Shown piece by piece: positions 11,929-22,300 of a stretch of 64,000 bases of DNA; the first letter of the stretch is position 1, and every line of letters begins with the position of its first letter. The position numbers were made by a program, and so were the translations under genes. Location: positions 53,125 through 117,124 of the forward strand of contig NIVC01000899.1 of assembly GCA_002269645.1 (NCBI GenBank), written 5' to 3'. The stretch comes from Macrostomum lignano (taxonomy: Eukaryota). The notes under the pieces are model-generated. The model ran no database searches and had not been told where the DNA came from. It saw nothing but the letters and a program-made list of their open reading frames with translations.

Positions 11929-13554
11929 GAGCAGCCGTCCCTTGCTTGAACGTCGCAACTCCAGCTGCCAGCGCAGAAAGCCGTCGCTAGTTCGACAGAG
12001 AACAACCTCGGACTCGCAGGTCGTGGAAGAGCTTCAGCTACAGCAACAACAACAGCAGAGCAAACAGCAGCAAGAGCAGCAACAAGAACAGCAAAAACAA
12101 CAACAACAGCCGTCCTTAAGGTATTTTACTGCATATAAATTCTTATATACCAGCCATCCATTACCTGCTTTCCTTTCTCATTTTTTTAATTTTCGTCGCG
12201 GTGAAATTGCGAGCGCCTGAAAATGAAATATTTACTTTATTAGCTTGGATTTCTAAAGATATTGTCTCATCAATTGTCTGAAAAAAAGTTGATTCGTCGT
12301 CGAGTAAAACTAGACGAATCTCAGTATCGTTTTGCAATCATCCACTGTCGATTGGTATGTCGGATGCTCATGTACCGTTACCTTTACTATTTTACAGGTT
12401 TCCGCTGGTAACTCCTCGGCTTCAGCAGCTAAAGCCCAAGCAGCAACAGCAAGATTTAGAAGCATTTGAATCAGTAAAAGACGATGTCTTGAAAGGCCGA
12501 TCTGAGAAGCTTCATCGGAGTAGCTCGGAAGGCGGACCAGTCATGCAGCGTGCGCAAACGGCAGCTAAGCAGCAGCAGCAGCAGCCACAGCCGGAGCCTC
12601 TATTCGAGCCGATCAACAGCCTGCCTTCCTCAAATATCTACCCTCACTGCCAGCGTCCGCATGGCTACTGCCTGCTAATTAACGTCGAGCGATTCGCCAA
12701 TCCCAGCGAATTCCCTACACGGAACGGCAGCCTCGTGGATGTGGAGCGGGTGAGCCGCCTATTGCAGCGACTGGGATACCGGGTTCGAAGCATAGCTGAC
12801 CCAACTGCAGCCGGAATCTGCAAAGCTGCCATGCGCATCGCTTTGAAGAATCATGAAAATTACGACTCGTTCGTATGCTTCCTCATGTCGCACGGCACCA
12901 ACAACCAGATCGTGGGCTCGGACGGGCAGTACATCAGCCTTGGCCGCATCGCATCTTTCTTCGATAGCGACGTTTGCGCCGGACTAGCTGGCAAGCCAAA
13001 GCTGTTTTTTATTCAGGTAAAGCGAATAACCTCATTTTTATTCCTTTTACCAGTGTATAAACATGTTTCTAGAGAACTCAAATTCCCATAATTAATCATT
13101 GTTCCGACAGGCCTGTCGTGGCGAGCGTCAGCAACGTAATTTCGCCACCACACGAGCCGTGGCCGTGGGAGCTTCTGCCGACCAGGTCGCCACAGCGATC
13201 ACCGATGACGACGATGAGGCGGAGGAGCCGAACACGGGTGGCGTCTTATTCGCGCCTAAAGGTGTCGACTTCTTCTTTGGCTATGCGACCAGCGAAAAGT
13301 ACATCGCCTACAGGGATTCGCAAAGCGGCTCGGCATACGTTCGCGTCCTGTGTCGGGTGGTGGAGGCGTATGGAGCCAAGGAGGATCTGCTGCAACTGCA
13401 CACCCGAGTGACGGCGCTAATCTCGCGCAATCCGCAGGAGAACCAGTTCGGCTCGAAACTCTTCCAGGTCCCAGACATGCGCAGCAAGCTGACAAAACAG
13501 TTTTATTTTCTTCTAGGCTCATTGAAGAAAGTTTCTTCGGATCTTACTTCATAA
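11929..13554 (+). CDS. Caspase (p20+p10, predicted active, caspase-8/3-like) preceded by a glutamine-rich linker
   Basis: Exons 11929 (or 11926; in-frame ATG 11906)-12120, 12398-13016, 13111-13554, all phase-consistent. PHGYCLLIN, RNGSLVD, CFLMSHG (His codon 12891), KPKLFFIQ|ACRG (Cys codon 13114), DFFFGYAT, AYRDSQSGSAYV, SKLTKQFYF. Confidence 0.92.
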
Positions 13555-14561
13555 AAATATCTGAGTTTCTTAAAGCTCAACTGACCAGTAAGCAAGCAAA
13601 GTTACCCCAATAACAGCTGAAGTAGAAGGCACTCGATTTTCTTAGAAATGAGCTGGATGCCGGTACAAAAACAGGGATTTTTGGATCGGATTTTTTAGAG
13701 TGAATTTTTCTCGATCGAATTTGTCTACAGTGGAACCCGGTTCAGCCTTATGCGTTCCCTAGAGAATGCTGAGTGCACCAACGATGCGACGAATAAAAGT
13801 CCCTTATCGGCCTCTTGCTTATTTCTAAGAAAATCGAGTGTACAACATCGACACAACATACAACAACCTTGACAACATCGAAATCCAATTTTAAAATTTT
13901 GAAAACAAAATAAATTAACCGCACTTTGAACAACTCGATACAGTGGTGCCACCCTCATGCACTGCCTCTCGAGTGCTCGCACAGGTGGGTTCTTGAAATA
14001 TTCGACGGCCATTGTCACGCCATTAAAGCACCGTTAATCATTTTCGGATGATACGCTTGTATTCTAAGCTTTGTAGATAATAGTATCCGTCATGTCTTTC
14101 TTTAACCTCGTTCGTGCATTCCATTTAGTCTTTAGAATTGTTTATCATTCAGATTTTCTTTTTGAACATTTTTACACATTTTGATTTTGCAATATTTGAA
14201 TGGCAATTCCTTTTTCTGCGTAATTTTGCTTGATACTGGACTCTGACAGGGTCTTTCTGTTATTGCCGATTGCTCCAAACCGAATGCCTGTACAGTTAAA
14301 CCAAATGCGATTCGTAGTTTAACCGATAGAATTGCTTTGTGAAAGATAATGCTGCTTTTACTATCATCTTTAGATTAACTTGCCAAAATCGATCTACTCG
14401 TAGAAAACTCGTAGAAAAACATGATTATCCAGATGTTACGAGTATATTTTCTGATGTGCTCTGATTCAATAGATTAAATTCATATTATTTTCAGATTCTT
14501 GTTATCGGTCGTTGCAGAATCAGTTTTTTGTTTTTTTTGCGGAAAGCCTCAGTTAGTATTC

Positions 14562-16225
14562 AACCTGCTGCCATAGACAACACCCGGATTCACCCCGCTG
14601 CCATAGACAACACCCAGATTCACCTCGCTGCTATAGACAACACCCAGATTCACCCCGCTGCCATAGACAACACCCAGATTCACCCCGCTGCCATAGACAA
14701 CACTCAGATTCACCCCGCTGCCATAGACAACACCTAGATTCACCCCGCTGCCATAGGCAACACCCAGATCCACATAGACAACACCCAGATTCACCCCGCT
14801 GCCATAGACAACACTCAGATTCACCCCGCTGCCATAGACAACACTCAGATTCACCCCGCTGCCATAGGCAACACCCAGATCCACATAGACAACACCCAGA
14901 TTCACCCCGCTGCCATAGACAACACTCAGATTCACCCCGCTGCCATAGACAACACTCAGATTCACTCCGCTGCCATAGACAACACCCAGATTCACCCCGC
15001 TGCCATAGACAACACCCAGATTCACCCCGCTGCCATAGACAACACTCAGATTTACCCCGCTGCCATAGACAACACTCACATTCACCCCGCTGCCATAGGC
15101 AACACCCAGATCCACATAGACAACACCCAGATTCACCCCGCTGCCATAGACAACACTCAGATTCATTCCGCTGCCATAGGCAACACCCAGATCCACATAG
15201 ACAACACCCAGATTCACCCCGCTGCCATAGACAACACTCAGATTCACCCCGCTGCCATAGACAACACTCAGATTCACCCCGCTGCCATAGGCAACACCCA
15301 GATCCACATAGACAACACCCAGATTCACCCCGCTGCCATAGACAACACTCAGATTCACCCCGCTGCCATAGACAACACTCAGATTCACTCCGCTGCCATA
15401 GACAACACCCAGATTCACCCCGCTGCCATAGACAACACCCAGATTCACCCCGCTGCCATAGACAACACCCAGATTCACCCCGCTGCCATAGACAACACTC
15501 AGATTCACCCCGCTGCCATAGGCAACACCCAGATCCACATAGACAACACCCAGATTCACCCCGCTGCCATAGACAACACTCAGATTCACCCCGCTGCCAT
15601 AGACAACACTCAGATTCACTCCGCTGCCATAGACAACACCCAGATTCACCCCGCTGCCATAGACAACACCCAGATTCACCCCGCTGCCATAGACAACACT
15701 CAGATTTACCCCGCTGCCATAGACAACACTCACATTCACCCCGCTGCCATAGGCAACACCCAGATCCACATAGACAACACCCAGATTCACCCCGCTGCCA
15801 TAGACAACACTCAGATTCATTCCGCTGCCATAGGCAACACCCAGATCCACATAGACAACACCCAGATTCACCCCGCTGCCATAGACAACACTCAGATTCA
15901 CCCCGCTGCCATAGACAACACTCAGATTCACTCCGCTGCCATAGACAACACCCAGATTCACCCCGCTGCCATAGACAACACCCAGATTCACCCCGCTGCC
16001 ATAGACAACACTCAGATTCACCCCGCTGCCATAGACAACACTCAGATTCACCCCGCTGCCATAGGCAACACCCAGATCCACATAGACAACACCCAGATTC
16101 ACCCCGCTGCCATAGACAACACTCAGATTCACCCCGCTGCCATAGACAACACTCAGATTCACTCCGCTGCCATAGACAACACCCAGATTCACCCCGCTGC
16201 CATAGACAACACTCAGATTCTCCGC
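14562..16225. repeat. 30-bp minisatellite (gattcaccccgctgccatagacaacaccca) with interspersed 21-bp variant units
   Basis: More than 50 near-identical units. The 573-aa and 561-aa minus-strand ORFs are repeat translations. Confidence 0.97.
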
Positions 16226-17484
16226 TGAATCGATTCCATACTCTCCGTTCCCGGATTTCGTGGGAAACATTCTTTGTATTATTCCCCTGAAACGAGGAGA
16301 ATTTCTTTGGCATCATGTACTCATTTCACAGAAATAATATTTACTAAACTACTCGTACAGTAAGTAAACGTAAATATATTTGATTAAAAGAAACAATAAA
16401 TTTGAAATATCTATCAATTTTCATAAATTCTACTTAAGTAAGTACTACATTCACCATTTTACCAAGAAATCAAAAAGCTAATCCTGCCTGCATGCTAAAA
16501 TTCACCCACAGGATTGGTAGCACGTTTCAAAGCTTTGCTAAATAGTTTCGAGAAATTGATGGTGCAAATACGAGCTCATAAAGTCCGGTTTTGATTCAAA
16601 ACACGATCAGTGGGACTTAACGGCTGCAAGTTCTGCCGCTAACTATTGTACAGTGAAAGCAGCTCATTCTGAAATTATGCACTCTAAAGGTGCTAAACGC
16701 GAGAGGGCGTGAAGCTAGCCTTTTCTATACAACGCTATTAGCTTTAAGTCTTCAAGAATGTTCGCAACGAATGAGTCACTTATTCTACTGAGTTCTGGCT
16801 CCAGCCGCCCTCTGCTACCGCTCACGCCCTCGAAGCTCGAGCTTTGCATTGACCCACAGCAGCAGCATGGCTTAGAAATGAAGAAGGCCATTCGAGGCAC
16901 AAAAGAAAAGGCGGACCAAAATTCTTCTTAGATGAGTGAGCGCTCATTGCTTACTTAGATGGCGGCGTCTCTTTTATTTAGTGCTCAATTCCTGTATTGA
17001 AACAGAGGCCAAAAAACAGAATGAGATAGTATCGGGGGACGCATTGAGAAGCTGCTACTATCTTCTGAAATGATCGGATTACAGTTGCTACTTGTTGGAA
17101 CTGCTTTAGACGGACTGTGATGGCAACTACTCTTGACTAGTTTTGAGAAATTTCGACAGAAGCATTCAGATAGCTTTCTAGATGATTTTATAAAGTGTCG
17201 AGTGTTGCTGCAGTCAACTGAAGGTTCACTGTGTCTGTGCAAAATGGCGACACAGAAAATCCACAGAATGGACAATTCTCTTCTGGTGAAATAAGTTAGT
17301 AGGAATATCAGTAAATTGATAGGGGAAACGATTGAGCATCCTGGGCCGGGCTTGGTTGTCTCTCTCTCAGTCGGGTTTCTCATCAGAACTTTGCGTGTTG
17401 TCTATGGCCCAACCCGTCTTTATTATGCACGTTTTTAAAGTCGGATATACGTCGGATAACTTATATAGCATGGCAAAAGCTATA

Positions 17485-18535
17485 CCAGGGAAGCCTCTAT
17501 GGTCGCTGCGCTCCCCAGGAAGGGACACTCACCCGCCCCACCCCACTCCGCTATAAAAGTTTAGGGGAATGGCATAGAATATGAAATGATGCTGCTGCTT
17601 ATCGATTTCTTGCTAGAGCAGTTTGTACGCGAACTTTTGTAACACCTCTCGTATTTCATAGCTAGCTAACTCGAAAAAGAATATATACACAGCCGGAGCT
17701 TCTGGAAAATGGATCTCTGCAATTCCCCGAAAGTGGACAGCAGCAGAGTTGGAGAAGTTGCGCTGCGATCCTGCTCGCTGCATTTTTCGGAAAGGTTCTT
17801 TGTAACAAACTCTCAGTACTCCAACTCCATCCGTAAGCGCTCCGCATTTGCATATGCAGATGGACAAGCAAAGAAGCTGAAAAATCGACGGTTGGTTGAC
17901 TTCTGATGCCGTACCCAGCATCTTTCCAAACGCGCCATCCTACTTCATCGAAACTGTTCCTGAGAAGCGACCTACCACAATGACATCTGCTCAGACTCGG
18001 CGAGAGAGTGCCATGCGTCGCTGCGAGGATGAGGCACAAACATTTTGAAGTCAAAACTATCTGAGAAATGAGCTATAGCTCTGATGTATACTCGTAGTAG
18101 ACTTTGCTTTTGTTTTATAGAGTCATACAAAGTATTTTTATACAGCTTTCCCCAGCAATTTCTGCTCTGTAGGTAAGTTAATTTCACTCTCTTTTGCTTG
18201 ATTATCACCTAAGGGTAACCAATTAATTTTTTATTTCATATTTTTGCATGGCCTGAAGGTTGTGAAGTATTTTTCTCGCACTAACAAAACGGAAGATTTT
18301 TGAATAATACAACTTAACCTTGGAGACCTAAAGTTCTGAATTTTTTGCGTTGAATAGTGCAAACCGCATCTTTCTATGACTTTTAGTTAAAAAGTTATCA
18401 ATCATAGAAATGAAAAAAACGTTGCATTTTCCTATTCATTCACTGCTTTCCAATTGGGTTTTTACCCCTAAAATTGTATGCTGCCTAAACTAGTGTCCCT
18501 CCTTGGGAGCGCAGCGACCATAGAGGCTTCCCTGG
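17485..18535. mobile_element. Non-autonomous DNA transposon, ~45-bp TIRs, 5-bp TSD (CTATA)
   Basis: 17485-17529 ccagggaagcctctatggtcgctgcgctccccaggaagggacact is nearly the reverse complement of 18492-18535. ctata flanks both ends (17480-17484 and 18536-18540). No intact transposase ORF. Confidence 0.8.
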
Positions 18536-19311
18536 CTATACCTACTCGTACAAAAACAGAATATTAAATGGTTAAGTTCTTTCATGCAGCAGCTATCAGT
18601 GGCAAAGTGCACCGTATGGGGAAACGTATTAAAACTTCAGTCATTGTGCACTGTGTAGAAAAATTGGAGGACTTGAGGCTTCTCAAGTTTGGTCGCACTG
18701 AGTACGCTGAGAAGCTGCCAGCTGCACCAGGGCAGTGAGGTCGGCTGGGTGTAGAAAGTATGGTCAAATGGACGCAGATACTCGTACTGCGTTTGAATCC
18801 GGCTGAACATAGTGGCAGACAAGAGGGGCAGCAGAGAATCTGGGAAACCCCACCGCCATTGTGTTGACGTGCGTTTGTGCGACCACCTCGGGCTCAGCAA
18901 GCGGCCTGCCCAATTAGATTCGCTTCTCTGTTAAAGAGCAGAGCACATTGTGGAGAGAAGCACAGTTCGGTTTACGCTGGCTTTCTTGCTTGCTCACCGC
19001 AGAAGCAGATACAGATGCGCACACGCTTTGACAACACAAGCGCGTGTAAGTGTTCCAGTCCATGTATCTTTCCAGCGTATATCTATTCAGTTAGAAGGCT
19101 ATATGGAAGTGCTGCCGTATTCCTAAATAAGTAAGCCAGGCGCAGAAACAGAAAAGCTTGGCTGGAATAGAAATGTTAGAGAAGAACGCGTAGGTGAAAG
19201 CTGTTGCAGGTGAAACTCCCTCTACTCCAATCACAGAGGGAACACTGACAGCTCTCAGCTGGGACACTAGCGAGGGGAGCCGAGCTCTAAGGATTGGAGG
19301 TCCTTCTCAGC

Positions 19312-22300
19312 ATGTCTACAGGAAACCTATCAGGACCAGCGACAGCAGCACCCTACTGCCGTACCACCCTGTGGCAGATTGTTGTCGGCTCCGCAGCTGG
19401 TGTGTACTTTGCGGCGCTGCTCACCGCAGCTGCCTTCCATCTAATTAATGACGCGTGCTCCAAGCGGAACAAGGAGGTTGAAGACATGAATCGGCGCAAG
19501 CTGTTTGGCAAAGATCACAGATCTTCGCTTCAAACGCGAATCCATCTGGAGTGCATGGCGCTTGTCAAGGGAGCAAACAATGCCGGCAAAGTACTGGTGA
19601 GCCATTATAATAAGTTACAAGTTACACCACACATCGATCCTAATGGTGATATTCTTGAGTTAATTTGTCACATAAATATCCAACAGCCGCACACTGCACC
19701 TTTCAGCTCGCACTGTACTCCATGTGCGTCGTTGTTTCGTTCATAGTTTACGTTTTTATGACGTACTCATTCTCATCGGCTAATCCGGGCCTCTCGAAAA
19801 GCTTGCAGTCCTGTCACTCGAGCAGCCGGTTCAACGCAATTCATGTTGACTTTGCAATTAACGTGTTTTATAGCCTTGTGTTCGTCTGCAGAGTAAGTAG
19901 AACTTGCTGGTTTCGTTTGGTTGTTGTTCTCTGTTATTTTAGTGTAATTATTCCGTTTAATTTCTGTTCAGCTAATCGCAAGCGATTCGAAGCTCAATTT
20001 TTTCTTGTCCATGGAGACGATAGCCGATCATTTGACCTTGATACCATCATTTATCATGTACTTTATGGATAAGTATATGATTGGTGAGTCAAAATATCTT
20101 TTTAGGAAAATTAGGTACAAATCAATCAAGCATTCAGACTGGTGTCATTTTCAATCGAACGGTTTCAGTGTTCCAGTTCGCCCGGCTTGGCGGCCTGAAG
20201 TTCTTAGTGAACGCATTGATTTACTGCCAAATACTAAAAGCAGAGCGGGAAATTCGCCTGATGAAGCTGCTGCTGCAAATCATCATAATCTGGCTCGCTA
20301 GCGCCGGGTTCTTCCAGTTGGTAGGAATTCCTTTTGCTCCAATGTTGACAGGAAAACGTGAAATAGATTTAACTATCATTGCTTGTTCGGGACGCATGAA
20401 TTCAGATCGAATCGGTCGGTGATTTTTGGAACGAGGACGGTGGCTTGCTCTCCTCATCGTTTCTGGACTTTCACAACTGCTTTTACACCATGCTGATCAC
20501 CATGAGCACCGTGGGCTACGGCGACTATTCGCCCAGAACTGTTCTGGGGAAATTCTTCATCATTATATTCGTAATACTGGCACTGGTGAGCAATTAGTAA
20601 AGTATGCAAATTAACTAGTAGAGTATGCAGAATTCCCCAAACGACAAGCCTGATGGACTGGATTGCTCAAATTGCAGGGTCTGTTCACCAGCATAGTGCC
20701 TGAAATATCTGCAATCATGATGGAGAGTAAAAAGTACCGGAGAAACAAGATTCACCTTATGCACGGAAGAAGGTGAAGAATCGGCTGAAGTAAAAAGTGT
20801 TAATCATTAGTTAATCATTGCATTCAATAAAATTTTAGACATGTTGTTTTAGCCGGAAACTTCGATGTGCCTACGGTGGAGACTTTTTTCAACGACTTTT
20901 ACTCGAACGGACGAGACGAAAATAAAATGGAATTTCTTGCAATGATCGGAGAGTAAGTACCATCAACTGTTCAGTAAAACGAGTCAATAGCACTTATTTT
21001 CCTGGTTCAAAAGGTAGAAAATGTAAAAAAATTGTTGAATCACCATTTAGAGTCATTTACATTTACAAATTAGTTATGTGTATATGCATATTTTTCGGCG
21101 CTTTGCTTTTATTTGATGGCTCAGTTGATGTCCGTGTGAACAAGCCATATGGAAAAGTGGTCGCTTGCAAAACCCATTTGCAAAAAATAACGGTAAGTCA
21201 AATAGACACCACGACACGCAGGCAAAAAACACAGAAAAGCATCACACCATCAATAATTTAGAGAGGAGCCGAGTCCTGAGATGCAAGCCCTGTTAAAAAC
21301 GCGAGAACTTTACGTTACTTACCTGCACGGCAACGTGATGTCGCTTCGAGACCTAAAGCGCGCCGAGCTCAAACTGGCCACCGCCACAATCATACTGGCT
21401 GACGGCTTGACTAATGACCCCGAGGACGAAGACGTAAAGAACATTATGCGAGTCATCGCTATCAAGGACTACTGTCCAAATATACGTATAATAGTGCAAC
21501 TGCACCTGTACAAGAGTAAGACTTATTTAAGAAACATACCGGACTGGAGCGCCGTTCATGGTGACCAGGCGCTGTGCATAAACGAAATGAAATACGGAGT
21601 CCTTGCTCAGAGCTGCCTCGCTCCTGGAGTATCCACCCTATTGGGTAATCTGCTGACGTTGCGATCATTCAAGCCGATGAAAGACAAAGAGAATCGCTGG
21701 GAGAATGTGTACCTTGAAGGCGCAACATTCGAATTCTACAAGGTAAAGTTTGCACCGATTTTTCACGGCTTAACGTTCCAGCAGGCCACTCGAATATGCT
21801 ACGATCTGTTAGAAATCATGCTTCTGGCCGTTCAAGTCACGAACGATGGATCGCGACAGACCGTCATCAATCCGGGTTCGCAGCTGATAATCGATACGAA
21901 CACAATGGAGGCCTTCGTCATTGCCAAAGACAAAAAGCAAGCAAAAGGGTGAGTAGTGAATTACAGCTCCGTTTTAATATTTCCAATATTTACAAACTTT
22001 TCTAGTGCAAAAAATCTTATTCCATACATTTAGCGTATCTCATCTTCGTCTAAGCTCTGAGGATGAAGCGCAAAGTACATCTACGGAGGCATACTTTTCG
22101 CTGCAGCGGCGCAGCAACCAGCGGTTGCACGAGAACAATAACAATAACAGAGTAAATTCGAAGCCGTTTCACCAGCACCAGCTGGCTCTGGAAGAGCAGG
22201 AGGGATATTTGCATGATCAGACTGAAGACTGGATGGAGAGTCAAAACGACGAAGTGTCGGAGAGTCCAGTGCAGCAGATACGAAATCCCAAACAGATGTC

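Noticed and set aside
13725-13745. pogo/Tigger-like terminus tacagtggaacc
   Set aside because: No matching inverted end was found in the window.
14549-16316. 573-aa and 561-aa minus-strand ORFs (Cys-rich, keratin-associated-like)
   Set aside because: They are pure translations of a 30-bp repeat that is open in several frames, with no unique domain or splice context.
16700-17383. Minus-strand ORFs between the caspase and Slo genes
   Set aside because: No recognisable domain and no consistent exon chain.
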